Shown in pieces: positions 38,906 to 52,069 of a stretch of 64,000 bases of DNA; positions within the stretch are counted from its first letter, which is position 1; every line of letters begins with the position of its first letter. Source of the DNA: Diadema antillarum (Eukaryota); the NCBI RefSeq assembly GCF_040938485.1, contig NW_027271711.1:1302001-1366000 (forward strand), given 5' to 3'. A program made the position numbers and the translations under genes. Below the pieces are notes generated by a model. It saw only the letters and a list, made by a program, of their open reading frames with translations. It was not told the DNA's origin and did no database searches.

Positions 38906-39229
38906 CAGAGCTACCAAGTCTCACAAATTGTGAGTGAGACTCAAGCATTTAGGGTCCGTCTCACGATCTCATGCATGACACCCATTTTTGTCACGCATTG
39001 GGAGCATAGCTTAAAGGATTAAAGTGAGAGTTGCAATTGAAGGCATATTTCCCTTTTGTCTTTCAAAATAAGTAAAAATTAGTCACTTAAAAGTATGCAC
39101 CAGCTTGCACCTCCTACACCCTCCCCTTGCTCAGTCGCTTTGCTCCCTTGCTCACACACATGCGCGCGCGCCGAAATGCTGAGTCATGAAAATCTCACTC
39201 GTAAAATTTTTTTGAACTTGGCATCTATG
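38906..39229. mobile_element. hAT-like MITE with an apparent 6-bp TSD
   Basis: CAGAGCTACCAAGT ... ACTTGGCATCTATG imperfect TIR, CATTTT on both flanks, subterminal TCTCAC/GTGAGA repeats. Confidence 0.55.
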
Positions 39230-39824
39230 CATTTTATACTAGTTCTGTCACAGCTATCGACTGCAACTCTCAACATATCTAACAGAGATTTTCACAGATT
39301 CTTCATCCTCTTATTCTTGATGATTTTTTTCCATGACTGCCAAGACATGATGCTCCACCTGTCATTTGCACGTGTGTACACACACATTTGAAGTTAGCTT
39401 ACCTGTCACTTTGTGTGCTGCCTCAATTATTCCTGCTGGGCAGATCACAAGATCACCCATTGTCTTCTCCCTCATGTGAACATGCATGTAAGTTCAGGTG
39501 CTGCCAATGCCCTCACAGAGAATATGCAGGGAATATTGACAACCTCTATACATTTGATGTGAATCTACAAGCAGCCACAAGTCAGTCAGAAAAAAAATTG
39601 CAGAGAACAAGTTCACTTACACACAAAATATCACAAACTTGAGATTTTGAGAAGTTTCAATTAATTTGAAAAAGTAATAATTGATTCACGAGGTTATAAT
39701 TGATTTCACTTAAAGATCTCTTGATGAATTGGACTTACAATTGATCAAGAGGTTATGACTGATTTATGGACTTATGATTGCTTTGGGTAAGTTAAGTAAT
39801 TGATTTCCAGGACTTATAATCAAT

Positions 39825-39966
39825 TACTGTAAAACGAGGAATGTTTGCGTGCATTTTAATTTCGCGAATTGCGCGGGAGCCAAGATTCGCGAAATCATAA
39901 TGCACATGAAAGTTCTTGTCCACACTATACACATTGAATGCTAGAGGCAACTCGCAAAAATTTCAT
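39825..39966 (+). mobile_element. TA-flanked MITE fragment
   Basis: TACTGTAAAACGAGGAATGTTTGCGTGC... with TTCGCGAA motifs; same family as 31830-31927. Confidence 0.6.
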
Positions 39967-41725
39967 ATAAGTTTAGTATATAAGTATAAGTTTGGATAAA
40001 ACAGGGCCCCGGGCGAATAAGTTGTCACCTTGTTTGAAGACATCTTGGGCATCACCCTGGAGTCACCTTCTTGGTGACAGAGCAAGTCATTTTTTGTATT
40101 TTGAGTTGCACAAGTCACAGCAACATTTCCTCCAGGCCCTTTAAACAAATTATGGAATAAGTATGTTGTTTTAGGTTGCCTAAATGAAGTACATGTAGGC
40201 AACTGCCTTGATCTTTCTTTTTACATTCTCCATTTTCTTTACATACTTGTCTCTGACCACATTTTATCAATGATATTGTGTCATCAAATACATAGACAAA
40301 TAAGAAGATGCATTCTTCATGCTACCTCAGAAAATATAATATGATCTTCATAACTGCAAACATGAGAATTTGGAGGCATGTAGCACCACTCAACATGTAA
40401 CAGAAACTGCGCGTACTTTAAGTTCTCGTGGTGAACCTGAATACACCGATGAAAGATGTTCAAACAGTTGCACATCAATATCGTCTTATTTGATTTAGTG
40501 TGTCAAAGATATGTTGCCTTATTTCATGAATATCATTCAACTAACTGCCAGTATGCAGCTGTTTGAGGAGCATTTCCCTTTAAAGCTTTGCTGTTAAAGG
40601 GAAAAGGGCTTACTCTCTTTGTGTGGATGGTGATCCCTTTAAGGCCTTAATGAGGTGCCTTCAAAATGAGCCTTTCTCCCAGCAGCCAGGCCTGCTGTGA
40701 ATAATTAGCAGTCAGGCTAATCAATGTGGGAGATGCCACTGTGCATATTGACTGTGTGCGAACCACAGGATGATCAAGATGGCAGAGAAGTGCCAGTGTT
40801 GCTAGGAAGCTATGATGGCATCAACCCCTTATCCAGTCATCTTACCACAGCTCTTTCACTAACCCTTTCCCTTTCACTCCATCTCTTCTTCAATTATCTT
40901 TCCATACATCTCTTTCCTTTGTCTTTCATATCCTTTCCTCATCTTCCTTGTCTTGTTCTCTCTCTCTCTTACTCTTTGTCTTCCATCCCTCCCCTTCCCT
41001 TGTTTTTAACAGTCCTACCATCTTCTACTTACATCTCTACCATTCACACTTGGTATATATTTACCCATGATTAACTAACACTGAAAACACCATGGAAAAC
41101 ACAGAGTCATTGCTAGAGTCATTCAGTGCTGCTTGTATGTATTACAACTCATTTCTGAAAAACCTCCAAATAATCATGTAAACTGTATGAATACTGATCT
41201 GATGGAATGCTGCAACCACAAACAAATTTTCATTGGGAATGATACAATCCTCCAATCAATGATTGTCAAAAGGGACATTCATATGCACTTGTTCTTCATT
41301 AAAAGCTATTTTGACTTTCACAGTGGCCATGCAAAACCCTTGAGCCAATATCCATTGTGAACAACAAAAATAAGCAAAGTCTTGGATGTTCTATGATCCC
41401 CTGCCTGTAATAAGTTGCGGAACATACAATTCAAATGCTTCCCTTGGTATATCCCCATCTGTATCTGACTTTGACCTCTCCACTGCAACAAGGTATTCTA
41501 CTAGTCTTTGTCACCTTGATGAGTAAGCGATGTAAGTGCTGTTGGTCACTCACAATGCTCCCCATCCCTCCCCATTTCCCTTGCTCATTAGCATTCATCG
41601 TCGGATGCTGGCTTATAATGAATGCTTGGTCTCTGATTGCTCTGCATTTCATTTTGCCTTCAATTGCTTGCTATTGTTCTTTCTTTTTCCCTCTGTCCAT
41701 CCTTCGAACTCTCTCTTTCTATCAC

Positions 41726-41857
41726 NNNNNNNNNNNNNNNNNNNNNNNNNNNNNNNNNNNNNNNNNNNNNNNNNNNNNNNNNNNNNNNNNNNNNNNNNNN
41801 NNNNNNNNNNNNNNNNNNNNNNNNNNNNNNNNNNNNNNNNNNNNNNNNNNNNNNNNN
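41726..41857. other. Assembly gap (132 N)
   Basis: Run of N; flanks TCAC / ATACAT suggest a microsatellite. Confidence 0.99.
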
Positions 41858-44402
41858 ATACATGCAATGTTCATATACATGTTGATATATATACTCTTCT
41901 CTGCTGTGAAGTTTGTGTTCCAACTTCCATCTAAAATATTAGCAGCGCAGTAGAAAAAGTGCAATAAAAAGTCTATGTAGTAATGTGTGTGGAAAAGCTG
42001 GAAGACAAATTAGACATAACATGCATTACAAAAAAAAAGTTTCATTGTTCCTTTAGACCCCATATCCCTAGACACACTGAATTTTTACTTATGCAAATGT
42101 GGTATCATAATATCTTTAATAGATCCTTGAACCTACCAGTTTCCTCCACTTCTCCTGGACAAAATATCAAGTATTCCAGGATATCACCTCATGTCGGCAT
42201 CCTGAACACTGTTGAATGCATACATGAGCATCATCTATCATCCATCTATCACAATCAGGCCTTATCCTAACAATCCCCCTCCCTCATTCTCTGGCAGTCC
42301 TGTCATATTTTTTTTTATCTTCCCCAAATAATCAGCTTGCCTCCTGTCAACTGCTATTGGGCAATGTTCCCAGCGCGTGCCATGCATTGTTCTGTAGGTT
42401 GTGTGGTGAGTACAACACACAGCCTATAGCTGCTCAGGCACGTGCCAGGGCTTGACCCCTGTGGAGAGGGGTGCAGAGACACATTTCTGTTTCTCCCCTT
42501 CCCACCATTGTTTTTTCTCTATCCATCTTTCTCTTTCTTTCTTTCTCTCCCTCCCCCTCTCTCCTTTCTTTCTCTCTCTCCAACTCAACTGTGTACTGAG
42601 TGGTACAGTCCCTTCATAGCGTTATTTTCAAGTCAGTCCATTCACACACCGCTGCTTCAACACATGTGTGTAGCTCAGGGGACAAAGGCCACAAAGCCAG
42701 CAAAGACTGGCTGTAGGGAGAAAGGCAAGCTAGCAATAAAGCTGTAGCATTACAACAACCCACGGCTATGGCTTTCTTGACCTACAGTCTACAATAACTT
42801 TTGTCACACCAATGAACTGCCATGAGATACTCAGATGGATAATCTAATAAATCTAGTATTTTCAAATATTCCCACACATGAAAAGCATGGTATTCCCACA
42901 ATTTGTTCAACAAAAATATTCTCTGCCTGTGCAGTTCATGTCTTTTATATAGGCCTACTGTGAAGCAGTCTATTCGTAATTACTACTGCAAACTACAACA
43001 TTGAACTATTTCTTAAACCTCTGACCCAAGCAAATAACTGGTATAACCATGTATAGTATCTTTCAAAGCATCAAATAGTTTGACGACAAATAACACATAT
43101 TGCTCATGTTTGAGCTTTGGGCATGAAAATAACTGATCAAGATAAAGCACATTGAGATTATATTCTTTAAACTGAATGTTTTATAGGCTTACATATCAAG
43201 TTTCAACTTATGTTCATCACAAAAATACAAACAAAGTCACTCAGTACCAAAGTATAGGCCTACATCTTGTAGTATGAAATTCTAAATGTTTGAATAAATC
43301 ATGCAATACCATTTGTGAGCATGTAATGATACCTCAAACTCAACAAACCCTTAGACTGAAACATTACAAGATTTAATGCCATCCCAAATTATGCACCCAT
43401 TCAACTCCTAGATTTTTTTCTTTTCCTTGCTATCATTACATTTTATTGCTTGACCTTAACAAAATAATTCTACAATACAGCAGGTAACTGGGAGCAAATC
43501 AGTCCCTTAAGTCAATGGCCTGATGGAGTGGAGGGTTTACCTCCATGTAAACAACCCTCTCCTCCGCCATTTTACCGGAGAGTTAAAGAATTAGGGCTCC
43601 CTCACTTCACTAGGAATATCAAATCAGTCACATTAGTACAGGCAACTTCTAACATCGTCATTTTCTGTTTCCCATGAGCAGAATATAATAACTACAATAC
43701 ACACAAAAGGAGATATACTAGACATGGCTGGTGGTGCAGACAGCTGAAGAAAACACCATTTCACATCAGGAGTTATACAATTGTGTGTGACCGTTCCTCT
43801 GTAGAGCATGAAGTGGATATTATTCAATATCAGTACACTAACATGGAGGGGGAAAATGGAGTTCAGAGTGACACTGATTAAATTTGCCTGTTGCATAGAA
43901 TGTATGTCTGAGAGCTGTCACCATTTGATGTCTCCCCCTTTGTCTGCTGGCTGTGTCGATGCCTGCAGTGTGCACTCTCAAATTAAATTTTAAGTCAAGA
44001 GATACAGGACATTTTCTTACCCTTTGTATCCAGGTTTCCCAATGGTGCTGAGACAAGCACATGCAAAATACAATGCATCTAGTCAATTTATTATCTTCCA
44101 TTGATACCATCCATGTAATTCAAATGCCGTTTTCAACATATTGCCACATAGATAGTCATGAGAAATTTTAAAATGTACTATGTTTCACTTTCACATTTAC
44201 ATGGCTAGTAATCACAGTCCTACCCGTTGTTATTTATCATACATGACATTTTGACACCATGCCTCATTCCAAATGAAATCATGAACGAAGTTGATGCACT
44301 CTTGCTTGAGAAGAAAAAATGATGGGAAATGTGGTATGTTCAGTATCAGATCAGTTTCATAAACTTTGAACTATACATATCAGAAAATCTCAATATTTTG
44401 TG

Positions 44403-44550
44403 NNNNNNNNNNNNNNNNNNNNNNNNNNNNNNNNNNNNNNNNNNNNNNNNNNNNNNNNNNNNNNNNNNNNNNNNNNNNNNNNNNNNNNNNNNNNNNNNNN
44501 NNNNNNNNNNNNNNNNNNNNNNNNNNNNNNNNNNNNNNNNNNNNNNNNNN
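44403..44550. other. Assembly gap (148 N)
   Basis: Run of N; flanks TGTG / ATATAC suggest a microsatellite. Confidence 0.99.
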
Positions 44551-46435
44551 ATATACTCTGAATTGTATTATCTTGAATTGTGCTGCGGTGGCTTTCAATA
44601 TACCCTAGAGATTCTCCTCAAGCTGTATATAAAAAGACTAAAATTTGGTCTGAAAGAATTAAATCACACAGTAATTTCACTCCAAAAAATTAGCGCTCCC
44701 ATATCACATTCCCAAACAAGTGGGACTTTAGCTCCTTTACATTTACAAAGCAGAATGAGCTTTCAAGCCAACTTTTATAGATTTTGACATATGTATAGCA
44801 CATTCAGGCCACGCATCAACAAAATCAAAGACAGGTTTGACTGTATCACCTTAATGAGCTCTGGACGTGTACAAGCAGACAACCCCAAAACAGGCCTCTC
44901 GACACCCTTCAGAGCAGAGGCATAAATGTCCTCAATCGTAGTCTTGTGTTGACATAATATTTATGAGAAGCCACACATTGATTAGTTTTGCTGAATCTTA
45001 AGTGATGTAGAGTTATTACTTTAATATGACATACTAACCCTGATATAGTACACTAGCACAGTGGTCACAAATAGAAAAATAATTACATAAAGATATTGTA
45101 TAATATGCTTCCCATATATTCCTACATTTTCATTGCAGTGACAATAAGCAGCAGTGCTTTCATCAACATCCTTGTCTGTGGGAAAGATAAAGCACATATT
45201 GTTTTATATGTTATGTGGTCATTCCAGGAAACACAATAAATCATGAATAATCACTTATTTGTAACAGTCCCACATATTCTCGCCCAATATTTCTAGAGGA
45301 ATTAACCTCAAAGAAAAAGTTATTCAATAAATTCATTAAATATGAATTTAGTCAAAATGGGAAGCAGAAGTTGATAAGTATCATTAAAACATTCACTGTT
45401 GTTGAATAAATGTATGAGACAGGGACTGTGAGAAATTTCTTGCATTCTTGTGAGAAGAAAACCTTACAGAAGTCCACAGCAATGTCACAAAGAAAATGAA
45501 TACTTGGAGGAAAAAAGGTATGAAACATCTTGGTCTTCAAATACGAATATAATAAGAAGCACTCTGCCAGGGATGTCATATTCACACATAACCAACAGGT
45601 GCTGTTAAATCTTGTTGTTCTTGTTTTTATTGTTTGTTTTTTGTTTGTTGTTGTTGGGTTTTTTTTTTTTTTGGGGGGGGGGGGGTTCAATGCAGGGGTG
45701 GGAGTGATTTTATCTATTCTATTTCAGGGGGGATACAAATTTAGAGAGAGAAAAAAAAACGGTCAGGGGAGCTGAGCTGTAGCCCCCCCCCCCCCCCCCC
45801 CCCTCTTCCCGCTACATTCTGCAGCTTGTGATCAATATGTAACAATTTCATTTCATAACAAATCACATTTGGTTGTTGTTTGCTATTCTGAAAATTGTCA
45901 AGCTTTACTCTTTCTTTTTTTTTGCAATAAAGATACATTGTTTGGATGCGGCACTCTCCACATAGAAATAAGGTATTTTTGTATTTAGTATTTTAAAACT
46001 ATATTCCACAAGAGCAAATGATTTAACACTTGGCTGCAGAAATAAGAGGGGATAGTCTTCTGGCACTGAATCTTTCACAGAGTATTCAAATGTGGAGCAC
46101 TGGAGTGCAGGTAGATATACAGTGCCACATTTATAAATTCCCCTCCAGCCAGCTCTGCATCAGTGCCATTGCCCGGAGACGTGCAAGCTCACCAAGATGT
46201 ATCGCACGCATCGCCAGGTTGGAGGATGAGTCATAGGAATACTTCCCACAGAGCTGCGCATGTTAGCCGAACCCATCACCCCAATTGTCAAAACACCAGG
46301 CTCTGGAATGAGCTTGCCACTGAAAGAAGCCTGCCACTGATTGCATTGATTTTACTACATGTACATTATATATGTGTGTGTGCCTTCTGTGCGTGTCGGC
46401 AAGTAAATATGTATGGGTGTATTTATGTGCATATG

Positions 46436-46437
46436 TG

Positions 46438-46474
<37 letters not shown>
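46436..46474. repeat. (TG)n microsatellite
   Basis: About 17 TG units. Confidence 0.95.
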
Positions 46475-46482
<8 letters not shown>

Positions 46483-48255
46483 CACGAAATTTGTATTATT
46501 TTGCAATTAACTAATTTGTATATTGTTTATACGAAAAAGAAAGAAAAATAAAAGATTGACAAAAACATCAAAAAAGTATGCGCTACTTATTTTTCCTTGT
46601 GTACATCCATGGCATGTTTTATATTGAATCAATGTCCTTTTTTTAACACTCAATTGTTTTATAAAACAAATACTTCATGCAGCAAATGACCCCAAAATAA
46701 AATTGCATTGTAAATGGTCTATGCTGTTGTGTTCTCAATAGAGACTTCCATCAAAACTTACTTTCTCACACAGCTTATCAAAGATTACCACAGAGAGAAA
46801 TCACCTGGCATACAGATGGAATTCTCCTCTTCTAACGATGAATATACACTTGCTGGTTTGTAATTGATTTCTCACTACTGTATAATATTACACTTTTTAG
46901 AATAAAATCATTAGGTACCATGAGTATGTATGTGAAATCTATAACAAAACATAATCATGTGTCAATTCTGTTTAATGTTTTTCTTATGGATATGAGTATG
47001 TATGAAGAAGCAAACAGTGATAATTTTGAGATCTTCTGACATTCACAGGAGGCAGAACTGTCCTCATATTGACAACATGACCCACTTTTCCTCTTGGCAA
47101 CCTGCATAATGCATGCAGTATCACCTTCCATTACCCTGAAATGAATGCAATGATGTACCTTGTCACATAACACCTTTCTAGCTGTGGTCAGGTGTGAGGA
47201 AGAAAAATGGTCTTCTGTTCCATCAAGCTTACTGGTCTTCCCAAAGTAAAGAATTAAGGTAAACAGTCAATATTAAAAGAGTATATAAGGTATGGCCAGT
47301 TCACAGAATGGGCTTGGGTCCCATCATCACGACCAGACTGAAGGTTGTTGCTTTTTCTTCCTTTTTCAGATTTGCTCAATGTTGTTTCACACAATAATAT
47401 AAACAACCCATTTACAGAGCAGTATGTATAGTGTGACAAGCTTCTAAAAATAGATACAGAACATTGAGCCCTCAAAATAACTGGAAAATACACATTCATA
47501 TTCAGATTGAACATTCACAACCACAAATTATTTCACCAAAACTTGAATGTGACTGGGCTTATAATAGCAAATACATCTCACATAATAGATTTGCAATACC
47601 TCTTAATGTCTGTAATTGTCCCCTACCCCCCCCCCCCCTCCATCCTGGGTTTTGAGGGGCAGATAGCAAGTGGGAAATATTTTGATAGATCATTTAGTTA
47701 CTTACAAACAGCAGAACAAATTCATCTGTATTCAGGCACCACTCCAAAGTACAGTATACCTACATTATTGAATTTCTACGTCATCGAATATCATTGGAGT
47801 TCAACAACATATTGCAGTTGTAGGTATTTAAGGCCATTAAAACATTGATTTTATATGAGTTGGTACCAAAAAAAGGGCTATGAAGCAATCTTAATCTCTA
47901 AAATGAAATGGTGATGACAAGTAATGAAATTTGTACACTACAAAACCATTCAGAAAAAAAAATATATATATGATATCATCAGGTTACATTACTCAAATTG
48001 GGCTATGACCGCCCTTCCTAACCCTAATGTCTTGTAGGACTTGTAACTGATTGTCAATTAGAATCCAACATGGATAGATGAAATCATTATTCTATTTCGT
48101 TTTTCACTTCTAGAATGTGTTGAAGCACAAGTAGCTGTCAGATTTATTAGATAATACTTCATGACAGAACACATTATCAAGTATTGTCAAAGTGATATCA
48201 GCTGTCAGATATAAAAGCAGAGAAATGAGTGAAACAGATGATATATGGAGAAGAT

Positions 48256-48680
48256 TTAACTCTTTAGTGCCACGTTCGCACGCCCAACCACAGTTGCTGG
48301 TGTGCAAAGTTCGTCTATTCTGCTTGAAAGCACAAACCCAACCAATTTGATAGATAAATTGCCAAATGTAAAAGTACAATAAAAGCGTTTCTGGTGATTC
48401 CATTCTTGTCACTTTTTCTGTGCAAAAGTGAAGGCTCTACCAAAATGTAGCTACTGGTCATTAGAAAGAAAAACAATCATAGATTTGCCATATAATTTGC
48501 ATCAAAGCAAAGTTCGGCATTTTTTCTACAACTTCTGTCATTTCATGTCAAGAATAACAACACCCTTTAAAAGTTACACCAATTTGAAAAACAGAATGTT
48601 TCCCAAAAGCATGAAGTATGTTCCTGTCTCAGAATAATGTGGCTTACACGGGGTTTACACCATGGCATATAAAGAGCTAA
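48256..48680. mobile_element. piggyBac-type TTAA MITE, degenerate
   Basis: TTAA-CTCTTTAGTGCCAC ... ATGGCATATAAAGAG-CTAA imperfect inverted termini. Confidence 0.5.
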
Positions 48681-49399
48681 AAAAAGCCAGAAAATCATCT
48701 TCTTTTTCTTAAAACAAGCATCACTGTTGTGAAGATTATGGTAGTTTATTTTGTACAAAGCTGCTATACATACACAAAATTCAGGGGGAAGTTTTTGACC
48801 TATTCAATTATGCTCGAAAAATTTAGTTTGTCAAAGAGGCAGTATGAAACTGTAATGTCATTTAATCTTTCCAACTGCAAACAGTATATTGAACTTGAGG
48901 GGAAACATTATAAGTTTAATAGTGTTTTACAATCAACACAAAGTGTAAGCTTTCCTTTCATCTTATGGTGTGAGGGCATTAAATATGGTTGTCTACTGAT
49001 GTCTCTTGAATCTCATGTTAAGACAAACATGCACCTTTGCGAAAACCTGAAGCCTACATCACATACAGTTTGGCATACCTACAAGTACTGCAGAAACTGT
49101 AGTGAGAAATTGTATTATAGCATACATGTGGAAAATCACACTGAAATACACCAGCATAAATGACAGCAGATTGAATGCTCCGCTGAAGAAAAGAAAGAAA
49201 AAACAACAACAAATAAACAAGAGACCAAGGGGGTCTTGCCCTCATCCGAGTATTACAAGTTCACCTTCCCTGTATTCTTGCAGACTCTTACTGTACCTCA
49301 GAGCATTACAAACTTGGGGGCAGGGGCAGCTTTGAGAGTTTGGGGCATAGTGTCCATTTGCATATCCATCAAACCGGTAAAATACCTGCCAATTACACT

Positions 49400-50850
49400 G
49401 TACTTAGAAAGTTTGACTATGCAGTTTGAAAACAGGACTTAAAGCTCTATCACTTCTGATTCTAGAGAAGAATATTTTATTGAATATTCCTTAATTTAGG
49501 AGGTTTGGGCCCCCTGGGGCCCCAAAGGGGAGCATGGTGCCCAGTTCAACAAATTGAGAGAGATCCAACCCCCTAGGCATGATACCTGCCAAGTTTGGTG
49601 AAAATCCATAAGAAGATGAACATGTACAAAGCCTGGGGGGAGCACCACTGGATCTGCAATGAAACAAACTTGAAACTACAGTCATTAATGTACTAATTCA
49701 TAGTATTATCTCTGCTTTAACACTTCTGGTTCTAGAGAGGAAGATAGTAAATATTTTAATTTGGGGAGTTTGGGCCCCTTGGGGCCCCCAAGGAGAGCAT
49801 GGTGCCCAGTGAAACAAATTGAGAGAGATCCTAACCCCCTAAGCATGATACCTGCCAAGTTTGGTGAAAATCCATAAGAAGATGAACATGTATAATTTAA
49901 GTCCCCATTGGACCCTCAGGAGCCCTTTCGTCAGTGAGGGGGGGGGGGGGGGGGGGGGTCACCCCTGCTTCCGCCATGAATAAACTTGAAACAACAGTCA
50001 TCAATGTACTAACTCATAGTATCAACTTAGCTCTATTACTTCTGGTTCTAGAGCAGCTATTTAAAAATGCCTTGATGGGGGGGGGTGGGGGGGGGGGGGG
50101 TGGGGGGGCCTGGGGCCCCCGAGTAGGGCATGGTGCCCATTCAAACAAATTGAGATCCTATCCCCCTAGGGATGCTACCTGCCAAGTTTGGTGAAATTTC
50201 ATCGTGGGGTTTTCAAGAAGAAGATGACAAATGTGACTGTGCACCTCAAAACGAACATAAAGTCGCACACACTGAATTTGTGTGAGGACTGAAAATAAGT
50301 GAAATGGGTCAACCTAGCCGAACTTGACTTTTTCATATTTTCGGAAAGAGCGAGTCTTCTTTTACATTATGCTAAAATTTGGTTTCATAAAACGGGCAGG
50401 AAAGTGTGTTTTTTTAGCAGTTTATCTCGAACATTTTTGGTAGAATAGTCTGATTAGGTGTGTCTTTAGAATCCCTTTTTCATTTCTGAAAAACCTCGTT
50501 CACACACTTCACTTTCAACTCTTAATAACTTTTGAAAGGATAGGGCTACTCCTTTGGAAGTTGGATTTAATCATGGACAGAATGTGTTAATGAGGCATGC
50601 TTAATTTCAGTTTAATCTGATAATCCCTTCATTGTTGTTACTCTGGTGGTTTACTTCCTGTTTTTTGTCCCATTCATCGCACAGCCAGCACGGTTTGGTA
50701 AAGATTAAGCGCTCATTTTAAAGCTTAAAGTCTGCCCTTTCAGAATATGGTCTTAACTAAAAATTCATGTCTGGCGACTTTTTGTTTGTTTTGAGGTGCA
50801 GAGTCACAAATGTACAATTAGGTCCCCAATTGGACCCCTCCCCCAACTTT
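49400..50850. repeat. Tandem array of about 270-310-bp HINE-like core units (3 copies), interrupted by a MITE
   Basis: Repeated GGGCCCC-T(T)-GGGGCCCC...GAGCATGGTGCCCA...AACAAATTGAGA...GATACCTGCCAAGTTTGGTGAAAATCC at about 49500, 49780 and 50110. The unit resumes at 50812 (GTCCCCAATTGGACCC, compare 49901). Confidence 0.8.
50233..50807. mobile_element. 575-bp MITE with 34-bp TIR and AAAT TSD (Sola1-like target, tentative)
   Basis: GTGACTGTGCACCTCAAAACGAACATAAAGTCGC versus its inverted partner: 31/34 identical. AAAT at 50229-50232 and 50808-50811. A 2-bp or 6-bp TSD parse is also possible. Confidence 0.85.
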
Positions 50851-50856
50851 CAACTA

Positions 50857-52069
50857 TGAGCGTGTTTCTACTGAGTGATGAAAATTCGAGGTGATGCCAG
50901 GTGATGCGAGGTGATTCGTGGTGATACATGGTGATGCGCGGGTGACACCTCGAATTTTTCCTCGGTAGAAACAGATCGGGTAGTGGCCGACGCGCGGTGA
51001 TGTGAGGTGCTCCGTCATCCATCTTTTGAGGTGGTCAATGCGCGGTGATGCGAGGGACGATTCTCAGTAGAAACACACCGGGTAGCGAAATTCGTGGTGT
51101 ACCGGAAGTCTCGAATTATTGGGAGCTTTCGCCCGCGCTTTTCAAATCGGTTCATCGCACACTCCGACACTTGTGTACATGCACAGCGATCGTAGTTTCG
51201 CACACATCATGCCTTGTATGAACTCCTACTAAATACTTGTACATGAGGTGGTGGTACATGTGAATTGCGTGCATTCATCATTTATTGTTTGCGTGCCCAG
51301 CAGCCTACTTATTAATCCTCTGATTTTTACACTACGTTCATTTTCCCAAAATATCATATTGTCTCGAAGTTGTAGATTCCATAATTCGTTTTCGCTGGAA
51401 TACTAACGTTAGTATCTCCTTAAAACACATCTATTTCATGAGAGTTTCCCATAGTTACATTTTAGTACATTATCTACATCGTTCCCGGATATCAGATATT
51501 TTCATGTATTATGATTATGCAATTATCAGTCCCGTAATTGTAGTTTTCTGCATATTGTATGATTTTCAGTTAAGAATTAGATTGTGTTACTTATGAATCT
51601 GATTTTTTTTTCTTTGATTACATCTTATTGTTATGCGCAGTTGAGTATATATGCTTCATAGAAACTGCGCAATATAAATCCACAATTACTATTATTATTA
51701 GTAGTAGTATGCCGGAGCCTCTAGACAGCATTGTAACTGGACCCTAGACCTGCGACGATTCCTAATAACCAAGTGGCAGGAAATCTTGGTGAGAGGCATT
51801 TCGAATGGAAAAACTAAACGAAATTCAGTGGTCTACCACAAAATGGCAGTCGAGGCAGCGTGACCCGATCTGTGACCTGAAAATATGTGACTTCCGGATT
51901 CACCGCATTTTGCACGTCACCTTCCGTCACCGCGTATTTTATCGCTCTGTAGAAACAGCTCGAGTGGTCGTAAAATATGACGTGATGCGGGATACGAAAT
52001 TCGCGGTGATGCCAAGTGATGCGAGGTGATGCGAGGTGATGCGAGGTGCTCTCAGTAGAAACACGCTCA
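50857..52069. mobile_element. 1.2-kb non-autonomous TIR element, PIF/Harbinger-like (tentative)
   Basis: Perfect 19-bp TIR TGAGCGTGTTTCTACTGAG / CTCAGTAGAAACACGCTCA. GGTGATGCGA 10-mer arrays at both ends; extra right-TIR copies near 50960 and 51063. No clean TSD. Confidence 0.75.

Noticed and set aside
34902-40202. Two similar ORFs sharing HQEGDSR, suggesting duplicated exons
   Set aside because: They lack splice signals and the similarity is nucleotide-level; best explained as a dispersed repeat.
46030-46510. GC-richer block with 68- and 115-aa ORFs
   Set aside because: No domain; one ORF runs into the (TG)n repeat.
48729-49163. 144-aa plus-strand ORF, the longest without Ns or tandem repeats
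   Set aside because: Composition mirrors AT-rich background codons; no motif or splice signals.
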